Part shown: positions 1 to 9,250 of the stretch, piece after piece
Layout of the letters: each line of letters starts with the position of its first letter
How positions within the stretch are numbered: position 1 is the stretch's first letter
Origin: Pyrinomonadaceae bacterium
Lineage (GTDB): Bacteria > Acidobacteriota > Blastocatellia > Pyrinomonadales > Pyrinomonadaceae
Assembly: GCA_035296285.1 (NCBI GenBank)
Contig: DATHBF010000449.1
Coordinates: 3,182 to 67,181, forward strand
Length of the DNA: 64,000 bases
Direction of reading: 5' to 3'
Translations under genes and position numbers: made by a program
The notes under the pieces: generated by a model
Database searches by the model: none
Told to the model about the DNA's origin: nothing
Seen by the model: the letters and a program-made list of their open reading frames with translations, nothing else

Positions 1-624
1 CATGAAGTCGGCGTAGTAGCGGCTGACGGCGACGAAGCGTTCGACGTGTGGCACGTTCTCGCTGATGAGGCGCAGGGACTCCGAGCGGTACGGCTCGGGC
101 AAGCCTTCGAGGAAGAGGTCTTCGCCCTGGAGCGTGCAGACGACGGGGCGCGCGAGCGTCTCGCGGAGCGGCTTGGCGAGCCCGATGAGGAGCGAGTTCG
201 GCAGGCTGACGAGGTCGAACGGCGGCTCGCCCCTGAGCCATTCGAGCATCTTCTCGAACTCCTTGCGCTGGTTGCCCTCCTCGCCCCTGAGCATCGAGAC
301 GGTCAGCTCGCCGAGCACCTTCGGGCTGGTCGAGATGGAGCCGCGCGTGGCGAGCCTGAGCGCGAGCTTCGAGTCCCAGAGGCGGTCGAGCAGGCGCGGC
401 GTGCGGCGGAAGAGCGCCGACTGCTGTTCGAGGTAGACGCTGATGCCGCCGAAGAAGACGCGCCCCCGGCTGACGTTCGGCTCGTCCGTCAGCGTCGGCG
501 TGTAGAGCGGCACGAGCACCACGTCGTGGCCGCGCGCCAGAAGCTCCGTCGCCAAGGCGTTATCGCGCAGGCAACTGCCGCAGTACATCTGCGCGGCCCC
601 GGCGGTGATGTAGAGGATGCGCAT
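1..624 (-). CDS. glycosyltransferase, GT-B family 4-like (N-terminal part; gene runs off the window edge)
   Basis: Absent from the ORF track because it is truncated by the window edge. The reverse complement from the ATG at 624-622 reads MRILYITAGAAQMYCGSCLRDNALATELLARGHDVVLVPLYTPTLTDEPNV... and stays open to position 1 (208 codons). This beginning is typical of GT4 enzymes. The start lies 4 nt after the stop of the upstream gene (629), which looks like an operon. Confidence 0.6.
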   Translation of the reverse strand, partial: MRILYITAGAAQMYCGSCLRDNALATELLARGHDVVLVPLYTPTLTDEPNVSRGRVFFGGISVYLEQQSALFRRTPRLLDRLWDSKLALRLATRGSISTSPKVLGELTVSMLRGEEGNQRKEFEKMLEWLRGEPPFDLVSLPNSLLIGLAKPLRETLARPVVCTLQGEDLFLEGLPEPYRSESLRLISENVPHVERFVAVSRYYADFM

Positions 625-628
625 GGCC

Positions 629-2056
629 TCACCCCGCGGCCGCGCGGTGGAAGGCCCGGCGCGCGTAGAGGTGCTCGAAGAGGTTGCCTTCGTGCGGCTG
701 GTCCCAGCGCACGAAGTTGGTCGGGACCGGGCCGACGTTGAGGCGGCCGACGAGCGGCGACTGCGCGAGGCGGCGGACGAGTTTCTCGTCTTCCGTTATC
801 GCCGTGACGACGAGCGTCGGCCCCAGCGCCGCGGGTATCTCTTCCGGCCTCACCTCGACGACGCTGGCGAAGGGGAACAGGAACTCGCGGTTGGCGAGCG
901 GGTGCTCGGCGCTGTCGCAGAGCACGACGGTCGGCAGCAGATACGCGCAGCCTTCGCGGCTGGCGAGGCGGCCGGCGCCGCGCCGCGCGGCCGTCAAGTC
1001 GCGCGCGCCGGGCTCGCCCAGGGCGCCTTCGACCAGGTTGTTGATGCGCCCGGCGACGGCCGGGTCGGCGAAGGGCGCGAGCAGCGCGTCGGGGTCGTCC
1101 TCGGCGCGCGGGACGATGCGGGAGAGCCTTTCGGCAAGCGCCTCCGCTATCTCCGCGGCGTGGCGCGTCACCCACACGCCCGAGGCGTTGACGCAGGAGC
1201 GCCCGCCGTTGTCGGCGATTGACGCGGCTATCACGTCGAGGTGCTTCTCCCACTCGTCGGCGCAGTCCTCGCCGATGACGATTTTGCTGTAGCCGGGGCC
1301 GTGCAGCTCGACGCGCGGGTCGTCCTTCCACGCGCCCACCGAGGAAACGTCGCCGAACATCATCCCGCGCCCCGTCTGTTCGAGAATCACGCCCGCGCCC
1401 GCGTGGTCGGTCGGGTAGTAGGCGAAGGCTTCGCGGGGGATGCCGGCGCGCGAGAAAGCCTGTATCAGCCTGTAGGGCGTCCAGGGCTCCGACGCGCCGG
1501 GCTTTAAGACGAGCGGGGTCTTGAGGGCGACGGCCGGCGTCCAGAGGGCGTGGACCGCGGGCGAGTTGCTCGGCAGCACCACGCCCAGAGCCTGCGCCAC
1601 GGGGTAGAAGCTCAACACCTGCCCGCCCTGCTCGCCGAAGCCCTCGTCCAGAACTCTCAGGTCGAGGCCGCGCGTCAGCCCGCGCAGCACGTCGCCCATC
1701 GTGTTCAGCACGCCGCGTATCTTCTCAAGGTTCCGGCGCACGAGCACGTGCGGCATCCCCGTCGTCGCCGTCACCTGCCGCACGTAATCCTCCGGCGTCT
1801 GCGCCGAGTCGCCCAGCGGCAGCTCGTCCTCGGCGAAGTGCCCCGCCGCGCGCGCGCACATCTCAAGCAACTCTTCGACGGTGAACTTCGAGAGCGCCGC
1901 CCTCGCCTGCTCTTGCCCGCGCAGGTCGCGCCGGATGAGCCCGACGTTCGCTTGGCTGACCTCCACGAACGGCTCCCGCGTCCGGTAGTGGACCGCGCGC
2001 GCCACGTCAAGGCTTCGGTACGGCTCGCCTCTGCGAAGGATGGGGACGTGCAGCAT
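629..2056 (-). CDS. aldehyde dehydrogenase superfamily protein (LuxC-like acyl-CoA reductase type)
   Basis: 475-aa ORF of ALDH-like length. It has a Cys-containing active-site-like segment, ADNGGRSCVNASGVWV. It is tightly linked to the adenylating enzyme upstream and the GT4 gene downstream. Confidence 0.55.
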   Translation of the reverse strand: MLHVPILRRGEPYRSLDVARAVHYRTREPFVEVSQANVGLIRRDLRGQEQARAALSKFTVEELLEMCARAAGHFAEDELPLGDSAQTPEDYVRQVTATTGMPHVLVRRNLEKIRGVLNTMGDVLRGLTRGLDLRVLDEGFGEQGGQVLSFYPVAQALGVVLPSNSPAVHALWTPAVALKTPLVLKPGASEPWTPYRLIQAFSRAGIPREAFAYYPTDHAGAGVILEQTGRGMMFGDVSSVGAWKDDPRVELHGPGYSKIVIGEDCADEWEKHLDVIAASIADNGGRSCVNASGVWVTRHAAEIAEALAERLSRIVPRAEDDPDALLAPFADPAVAGRINNLVEGALGEPGARDLTAARRGAGRLASREGCAYLLPTVVLCDSAEHPLANREFLFPFASVVEVRPEEIPAALGPTLVVTAITEDEKLVRRLAQSPLVGRLNVGPVPTNFVRWDQPHEGNLFEHLYARRAFHRAAAG

Positions 2057-2067
2057 AAGAGGGTGCG

Positions 2068-3195
<1,128 letters not shown>

Positions 3196-3394
3196 AACCG
3201 TCTAACGAATCGGCGGCGGGCGAGGTTTGTAAATTCTTATTTACACCTGCCGCCGCCCGCCGCCCGTTACAACATTTTACACCCGCCCCCTGCGCGCGAC
3301 ATTATAATCCGCGCAAGCCAGAAGTGACTTCGCTCCCCGGTCGCGGACCACCTGACCCGGACTGCCCTTGCGCTTCATGTTAAGGAGACGACTG

Positions 3395-4645
3395 ATGATG
3401 AGAAGGCTGCCTATCCTGCCCTCGATGTTAACGGCGCTGGCCCTTGTGTGCTGGTGCGCGGCCGCCGCGTCCGCACAGACCGGCGGCGAGTGGCCGCAGT
3501 GGCGCGGCTCCAGCCGCGACGGCCTCTCGAAGGAGACGGGCCTGCTCAAGCAGTGGCCGGCCGACGGGCCGCCGCTCGCGTGGAAGGCGGCGGGCGCCGG
3601 GCGCGGCTACTCATCCGTGTCCATCTCGAAGGGGCGGCTCTACACGATGGGCTTGCGCGGCGACCGCGAGTTCCTGGTCGCCTTCGACGTGAAGACCGGG
3701 AAGGAAGTTTGGGCGACCCCGTACGGCGGCGGGTTCCGCAACGACCGCGGCGACGGGCCGCGCGGCACCCCGACGGTTGACGGCGACCGCGTCTACGCCC
3801 TCGGCGGCAACGGCGACCTCGCGGCCGTCGAGGCCGCGGGCGGCAAAGTCGTCTGGACGATGAACGTGCTCCAGAAGTTCGGCGGCTCGAACATCACCTG
3901 GGGCATCAGCGAGTCGCCGCTCGTCGTCGGCGAGAAGCTGCTGGTCAACGCGGGCGGCCCCGGCGCCAGCATCGTCGCGCTCAACAAGCGGGACGGCTCG
4001 CTCATCTGGAAGAGCCAGAGCGACCGCGCCGGCTATTCGTCGGGCATCCCCGTCACGGTCGGCGGCAAGACGCAGGTCGTCTTCTTCACCCACTCGCGCG
4101 GGCTCGGGCTCGACCTTGAGACGGGGGCGCTTTTGTGGGAGTACCCGCGGGCGGCCAACAACGTCGCCAACGCGGCGACGCCCGTCGCGCGCGGCAACCG
4201 CGTCTTCATCACCTCGGACTACGGCAACGGCGGCGGCCTCGTCGAGATCAAGGCGGACGCCAAGGGCGTGACGGCCACCGAGGTCTACTTCACGAAGGAC
4301 ATGCGCAACCATCACAGCAGCTCGGTCCTCGTCGGCGACCACCTCTACGGCTTCTCGGGCGGGATACTGACGGCGATGCGCTTCGACACGGGCGAGGTCG
4401 CGTGGAAGGACCGCAGCGTCGGCAAGGGCTCGCTCGTCTACGCCGACGGCCACCTCTACCTGCTGAGCGAGAACGGCGTCGTCGGCCTCGCCGAGGCGAC
4501 GCCCACCGGCTACACCGAGAAGGGGCGCTTCCGCATCCCTCAGGACTCACTGCCGACGTGGGCGCACCCGGTCGTCGCCGGAGGCCACCTCTTCATCCGC
4601 GACCAGGACACCATCTACGCCTTCGACCTGCGGGCGAAGAAGTGA
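3395..4645 (+). CDS. secreted PQQ-like (BamB-like) beta-propeller repeat protein
   Basis: Signal peptide MMRRLPILPSMLTALALVCWCAAAASAQ. The stretch WPQWRGSSRDG...LAWK...SSVSISKGRLYTMG is typical of PQQ-like repeat proteins. AAGGAG lies 7 nt upstream of the ATG at 3395. The track start at 3368 is an upstream TTG. Confidence 0.7.
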   Translation: MMRRLPILPSMLTALALVCWCAAAASAQTGGEWPQWRGSSRDGLSKETGLLKQWPADGPPLAWKAAGAGRGYSSVSISKGRLYTMGLRGDREFLVAFDVKTGKEVWATPYGGGFRNDRGDGPRGTPTVDGDRVYALGGNGDLAAVEAAGGKVVWTMNVLQKFGGSNITWGISESPLVVGEKLLVNAGGPGASIVALNKRDGSLIWKSQSDRAGYSSGIPVTVGGKTQVVFFTHSRGLGLDLETGALLWEYPRAANNVANAATPVARGNRVFITSDYGNGGGLVEIKADAKGVTATEVYFTKDMRNHHSSSVLVGDHLYGFSGGILTAMRFDTGEVAWKDRSVGKGSLVYADGHLYLLSENGVVGLAEATPTGYTEKGRFRIPQDSLPTWAHPVVAGGHLFIRDQDTIYAFDLRAKK

Positions 4646-4662
4646 CCCGCGGGGTCAACCCG

Positions 4663-5718
4663 TTAATGCGCGAGCGAAGCGTAGTCCGTGTAGCCGCGCT
4701 CGCCCGGCGTGTAGAAGGTCGCCTGGTCGGGCTCGTTCAGGGGGGCGCCGAGCCTGAACCTCTCGGGCAGGTCGGGGTTGGAGATGAACTTGGTGCCGTA
4801 CACGACCGCGTCGGCGAGCCCGCGCGCCAGCAACCCCTCGCCCGCCTCCTTCGACAGCCCCGCGCCCGCGAAGTAGACGCCCTCGTAGACGGGCCTGAGC
4901 CTCTCGTGCCACCCCTCGCCCGTGAAGTCGCCGACGTGGACGTAGGCCAAACCCCGCCCGTTCAACTTTTCGAGGACGTAACGGTAGAGCCCTTCGGCGT
5001 CCGTCTCCTCGATGTCGTTGAAGGGCATCCGCGGCGAGAACTTCACGCCGACTCGGGCCGCGCCTACGGCCTCCGTCATCGCCTCCAGCACTTCGAACAG
5101 GAACCTCGCGCGGTTCTCGATTGAGCCGCCGTACTCGTCCGCGCGCAGGTTCACGTTCGTCGAGAGGAACTGCTGGACGAGGTAGCCGCTCGCCGCGTGA
5201 AGCTCGACGCCGTCGAAGCCCGCCTCGACGGCGTTGGCGGCCGCCGCGGCGAAGTCTCGGACGGTCTGGCTTATCTCCTCGCGCGTCATCTCGCGCGGGG
5301 TCACGAACTCCTTCATCCCCTCGTCGGTGTAGTTCTGCCCCTTCGCGCGCACCGCGCTCGGCGCCACGGGCCGCGCGCCCTCGGGCAGGAAGTCGGGCAG
5401 CGCGATGCGCCCCGTGTGGAAGAGCTGCATGAAGACCTTCCCGCCGCGCGCGTGAACCGCCCCGGCGACGGGCCGCCAACTCTCCACCTGCTCGGGCGTG
5501 TAGACGCCCGGCGTGCGCACGTAGCCTCGCGCCATCGGCGAGACGTTGGTGGCCTCCGTGATGATGAGCCCCGCCGAGGCGCGCTGCCGGTAGTACTCGG
5601 CGACGAAGGCGGGCTGCACGCCGAGGTCGTCGGCGCGGCTGCGCGTCATGGGCGCCATCACGATGCGGTTGTCCAGTTCGATGTCCCCGACTCGGAGCGG
5701 GTCGAAAAGAGTTTTCAT
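4663..5718 (-). CDS. Old Yellow Enzyme family NADH:flavin oxidoreductase (alkene reductase)
   Basis: Reads MKTLFDPLRVGDIELDNRIVMAPMTRSRA...GLIITEAT...QLFHTGR, which are classical OYE motifs. GGAGGA lies upstream of the ATG. Confidence 0.85.
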   Translation of the reverse strand: MKTLFDPLRVGDIELDNRIVMAPMTRSRADDLGVQPAFVAEYYRQRASAGLIITEATNVSPMARGYVRTPGVYTPEQVESWRPVAGAVHARGGKVFMQLFHTGRIALPDFLPEGARPVAPSAVRAKGQNYTDEGMKEFVTPREMTREEISQTVRDFAAAAANAVEAGFDGVELHAASGYLVQQFLSTNVNLRADEYGGSIENRARFLFEVLEAMTEAVGAARVGVKFSPRMPFNDIEETDAEGLYRYVLEKLNGRGLAYVHVGDFTGEGWHERLRPVYEGVYFAGAGLSKEAGEGLLARGLADAVVYGTKFISNPDLPERFRLGAPLNEPDQATFYTPGERGYTDYASLAH

Positions 5719-5739
5719 AGCTTCCTCCGTTAGATTTTT

Positions 5740-6195
5740 TCAGAAAGCGTTTCGGCCGGCCGCCAGGACTTCCCCGGCCTCGCGCGCCGTCAGCTCCTTG
5801 TTGTAGACGGCGGTGCCGACCTGCTGCCGCCGCCCGCCTTCGCCGAGCGTGCCCGCCACCAGCTCGCTCGAAGTCGTCTCACCCGAGTCGAGCCGCGCGA
5901 AGCTCCCGTCGCGCTGCGGGTAGTAATTCCCGGCGTCTATGACGACCTTGCCCTCGAACGCGCCCGCCGGGAGCGATTCGTACTTGCCGAAGGGGATGGC
6001 GACCAGCACGACCTCGCCGAAGCGCGCGGCCCCCTCGATGTCGGCCGCCCGCGCCTTGCCGCCTAGCTCCCCGACCAACGCCTCAAGCCCCGCGCCCCCG
6101 CGCGAGTTGCTGAGCGCGACCTCGTGCCCGGCGCGCGCGAAAAGTCTCGCGGCCGTCGCCCCGATGTTCCCCGAACCGACGATTCCTATCTTCAT
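5740..6195 (-). CDS. NAD(P)-binding oxidoreductase (F420-dependent NADP oxidoreductase-like Rossmann protein)
   Basis: MKIGIVGSGNIGATAARLFARAGHEV contains a GxGxxG dinucleotide fold. The ATG at 6195 with an upstream GGTGAGG is preferred over the GTG at 6207. The gene lies directly downstream of the TetR gene and its operator palindrome. Confidence 0.55.
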   Translation of the reverse strand: MKIGIVGSGNIGATAARLFARAGHEVALSNSRGGAGLEALVGELGGKARAADIEGAARFGEVVLVAIPFGKYESLPAGAFEGKVVIDAGNYYPQRDGSFARLDSGETTSSELVAGTLGEGGRRQQVGTAVYNKELTAREAGEVLAAGRNAF

Positions 6196-6219
6196 CCCGT
6201 GCCTCACCCTTCCGCTTTA

Positions 6220-6243
6220 GTTCTGGAACAGTCGTTCCAGAAC
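6220..6243. promoter_or_regulatory. perfect 10-4-10 palindrome GTTCTGGAAC-AGTC-GTTCCAGAAC (candidate TetR operator)
   Basis: Read directly from the sequence. It lies between the TetR stop (6256) and the oxidoreductase start (6195). An imperfect second copy lies upstream of the TetR gene. Confidence 0.5.
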
Positions 6244-6255
6244 CCGGCAAAAATT

Positions 6256-6837
6256 TTAATCCAACACCGAGAGCGTCACGCGCACCACGTCTTCGAGCGT
6301 CTTGCGGTCGCGCGTCGCCTTCGACATGAGTTGCAACCCCTGAAGGCTGCTGTACAGGAACCTCGCGACGGCGCGGAGGTCGCGCCCCCCGCCGATCTCG
6401 CCCTCCCTCTTCCCCCGCATGAGCGCGCGGTAGAGCACATCCTCGGCCGCGGCGATGCTGCCGCAGGTCTTCTCGGCCGTCTGCCGGCAGCGGCCGGCCA
6501 GCTCCGACGTGGCGTTGCCCACGAAGCAGCCGCGCCGTTGGCCCCCGCCGTGCGCCGACTCGACGACGCCCTCGAACAACTGCCGCAGGGCGCGCTTGAC
6601 CGAGCCGGGCCGCTCCAACAGCTCGAACATCTTCCGGCCCTCCACCTCGCGGTAGCGGTCGAGCGCCTGTAGGTAGAGCGAGTGCTTGTCGCCGAAAGTG
6701 TCGTAGAGGCTCTGGCGGTTGATGCCCATGTGCTCGACGAGGTCGCCCACGGACGTGGCCTCGTAGCCGCGCGCCCAGAAGACCTCCATCGCGCGCTGCA
6801 ACGCCTCGTCACGGTCGAACTCTTTGTGCCGCGCCAT
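6256..6837 (-). CDS. TetR/AcrR family transcriptional regulator
   Basis: MARHKEFDRDEALQRAMEVFWARGYEATSVGDLVEHMGINRQSLYDTFGDKHSLY is a canonical TetR N-terminal HTH. The start is taken at the ATG at 6837. Confidence 0.85.
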   Translation of the reverse strand: MARHKEFDRDEALQRAMEVFWARGYEATSVGDLVEHMGINRQSLYDTFGDKHSLYLQALDRYREVEGRKMFELLERPGSVKRALRQLFEGVVESAHGGGQRRGCFVGNATSELAGRCRQTAEKTCGSIAAAEDVLYRALMRGKREGEIGGGRDLRAVARFLYSSLQGLQLMSKATRDRKTLEDVVRVTLSVLD

Positions 6838-6872
6838 CGGTATTACCCCCGCCCCGACCAGTCTTATACTCT

Positions 6873-6894
6873 TTCTGGAACGGCCGGTCAAGAA
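6873..6894. promoter_or_regulatory. imperfect copy of the TetR-locus palindrome (TTCTGGAAC-GGCC-GGTCAAGAA)
   Basis: The left half is identical to the half-site at 6221-6229. The right half matches in 7 of 9 positions. It lies about 36 nt upstream of the TetR ATG. Confidence 0.35.
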
Positions 6895-8264
6895 TTATTT
6901 TCACGCCCGAGTCGTGCACGCACCAGCCCCGCCACTTCTTCGACCAGGGCGCGGGCGGGCGCCTCCGTCTCGGCCTCCGCGACGACGCGTATGATGGGCT
7001 CGGTGTTCGAGCCGCGCACCAGGAGCCAGCCGTCGGGCGTCGTCACCTTGACGCCGTCGCGCAGGTCCATCGGCAGCGGCGCGTAGGCGTCGCGCACGGC
7101 CGCGAGCGCGGCGCGGATTCTGTCGGAGCGGCAGGCCATCTTCTCCTTGACCATGAAGGAGCGCGGCAGCTCGGCCAGCAGTTCCGAGACCGTGCGGCCG
7201 GTCTCCGCGAGCAGGTGGAGGATGAGCGCCATGCCGACCAGACTGTCGCGCGCGAAGTTGACGCGCGGGTAGATGACGCCGCCGTTGCCCTCGCCGCCGA
7301 CGACCGCGCCGTGGCGACGCATCTCCTCGGTCACGTTGGCCTCGCCTATCTTCGAGCGGTAGACGGGACAGCCGAACCGTCGCCCCACCGCGTCGAGCGC
7401 GCCGGTCGTCGAGAGGTTAGCCACCACGGGGCCGCGCTCGCGGCCGAGCACGTAGAGCGCGGCGAGCACCAGCGTGTACTCCTCGCCGACGGCCGCGCCG
7501 CGCTCGGAGACGACGGCCAGGCGGTCGGCGTCCATGTCCTGCGCGAAGCCCACGTCACACGCGTGCACGCGCACCGCCTCGCAGAGCGCGCCGAGGTTCT
7601 CCTCGGTCGGCTCGGCCCCGCGCGGGAACGTGCCGTCCGGCGTGACGTTCACGGGGACGACTTCGACGCCCAACGCTTCGAGCAGCCGCGGCGCGACAAT
7701 CGAGCCGGCCCCGTTGCACGAATCTATCGCCACGCGCAGCCTCCCGCCCGCCGCCCTGGGCAGCGGCCCGAGCGCGTCGAGAATCGCGCGGACGTGCAAA
7801 TCTATTGCGCCCGGCGAAGGCTCGACGCCGCGCATCTCGGAGCCGGCCACCTTTCGGTACTCGCCCTGGTGGTAGATGTCGAGGAGCTGCCGCGCCTGCG
7901 CGTTCGTCAGGAAGAGGCCGGCCGAGTTGATGAACTTCAGCGCGTTCCACTCGGCCGGGTTGTGGCTCGCGGTGATGGCGATGCCGCCGCGCGTGCGGCG
8001 CTCGCGCACGAGCAACTGCACGGTCGGGACGGGGCACACGTCGAGGTCAACGACGCGGCAGCCGCTCGACAGGAGGCCCGCGACGACCGCCTGCCTGACC
8101 ATCTCGCCCGACGTGCGCGTGTCGCGCCCGATGCAGATGGTGCCCGGCCCCGTGTAGGTGCCGAACGCCTGCGCGAAGCGCACCAGCAGCGACGGCGTCA
8201 GGCTGTCGCCGACGACGCCGCGCACCCCGGAGATGCTGATCTTTAGTGTCGGTATGGCGCGCAT
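6888..8264 (-). CDS. alpha-D-phosphohexomutase (phosphomannomutase/phosphoglucomutase/GlmM-like)
   Basis: All four family motifs are present: GIAITASHNPAEWNALKF (phosphoserine loop), FAQDMDADRL (metal loop), GGEGNGG (sugar loop) and GSNTEPIIRV (phosphate loop). Confidence 0.85.
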   Translation of the reverse strand: MRAIPTLKISISGVRGVVGDSLTPSLLVRFAQAFGTYTGPGTICIGRDTRTSGEMVRQAVVAGLLSSGCRVVDLDVCPVPTVQLLVRERRTRGGIAITASHNPAEWNALKFINSAGLFLTNAQARQLLDIYHQGEYRKVAGSEMRGVEPSPGAIDLHVRAILDALGPLPRAAGGRLRVAIDSCNGAGSIVAPRLLEALGVEVVPVNVTPDGTFPRGAEPTEENLGALCEAVRVHACDVGFAQDMDADRLAVVSERGAAVGEEYTLVLAALYVLGRERGPVVANLSTTGALDAVGRRFGCPVYRSKIGEANVTEEMRRHGAVVGGEGNGGVIYPRVNFARDSLVGMALILHLLAETGRTVSELLAELPRSFMVKEKMACRSDRIRAALAAVRDAYAPLPMDLRDGVKVTTPDGWLLVRGSNTEPIIRVVAEAETEAPARALVEEVAGLVRARLGRENNS

Positions 8265-8304
8265 CTTAAAAGCCGTGAATCGTGAATCGTGAAAGGCAGC
8301 TCTT

Positions 8305-9243
8305 CTATTTGCGATTCACGGTGCTTGTGCCCTTCACCCCCTTCAGGTCGAGGCGGAAGAGGCCGCCCTTCGTCGTCTTCTCTTCGCCGAGCGCGCCGGT
8401 GACGTAGAGCTGGTCCATGCGCGGGCCGCCGAAGGCGACGTTGCTCGTGGTCAGGTTGCCGGCCGCGTAGCTGCGCAAAAGTTTCCCCGACGGGCTTAAG
8501 ACCTGCACGCGCCGCATGCCGTAGTGCGCGACGTAGAGGTTGCCGTCGGCGTCGAGGCACATGCCGTCCGGCTCGCTGGCGATCTGCCCGTCGCCCTTCG
8601 AGGGGAGGTCGGCGAAGACTTTCATGCCCGCCACTTTGCCCGGCGAGGCGAGCATGTAGACGAGGACGCGGTTGTGATTGCTCTCGCCGACGAGCAGGGT
8701 CTTGCCGTCCGGTCTGAGGACGATGCCGTTCGGGAAGGCCAGCCCGCCGGCGACGAGATGCGTCTCGCCCCGCGCGTCAACGTAGTGGACCGTGCCGATA
8801 GGATTCTCGCGCGAAGAGCCGCCGGGGTCTGTGAAGTAGAAGCCGCCCGCGCCGTCGAGCGTCAGGTCGTTGGGCGCTCGCAAAGGCTTGCCTTCATGCT
8901 CGGAGGCCGCCTTGCCGATGACCTTCCCCGAGGCGTCGAGCCTGAGCACCGCACGCTGGCTTCCGTCGCAGACGAGGTGTGTGCCGTCGGCCAGAATCTT
9001 GTGGCCGTTCGGCGCGCCCGTCTTCGCCCACGCCTCCGCGACCCCCTCGTGTCGGACGCGGTAGATGGTGCCGTTGTAAACGTCCGAGACGTAGAGCGCG
9101 CCGTCGCGGCCGACGACGACGCCCTCGCTATAGCCGGGGACTTCGACGACCTTGACGGCCTTGACGCCGCCCTCCGGCGGCAGCCCCGCGCCCGCGTCGG
9201 CGGCGAGGATGAGTGCGAGTGCGCAGATAAGTTGTTTCATCAT
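8305..9243 (-). CDS. secreted SMP-30/gluconolactonase/LRE-like six-bladed propeller protein
   Basis: Has a signal peptide (MMKQLICALALILAADAGAG). Shows repeated propeller-blade patterns: ...GALYVSD..., ...GFYFTDP..., PNGIVL, LYVA. Confidence 0.75.
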   Translation of the reverse strand: MMKQLICALALILAADAGAGLPPEGGVKAVKVVEVPGYSEGVVVGRDGALYVSDVYNGTIYRVRHEGVAEAWAKTGAPNGHKILADGTHLVCDGSQRAVLRLDASGKVIGKAASEHEGKPLRAPNDLTLDGAGGFYFTDPGGSSRENPIGTVHYVDARGETHLVAGGLAFPNGIVLRPDGKTLLVGESNHNRVLVYMLASPGKVAGMKVFADLPSKGDGQIASEPDGMCLDADGNLYVAHYGMRRVQVLSPSGKLLRSYAAGNLTTSNVAFGGPRMDQLYVTGALGEEKTTKGGLFRLDLKGVKGTSTVNRK

Positions 9244-9250
9244 AGTTTCG

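Noticed and set aside
46-1331. Several overlapping ORFs at the window start (46-741 +, 65-436 +, 489-1331 -, 617-1222 +, 684-1292 +)
   Set aside because: They overlap the GT4 (1-624) and ALDH-like (629-2056) genes in other frames or on the other strand. They have Arg/Ala/Pro-rich artefact composition.
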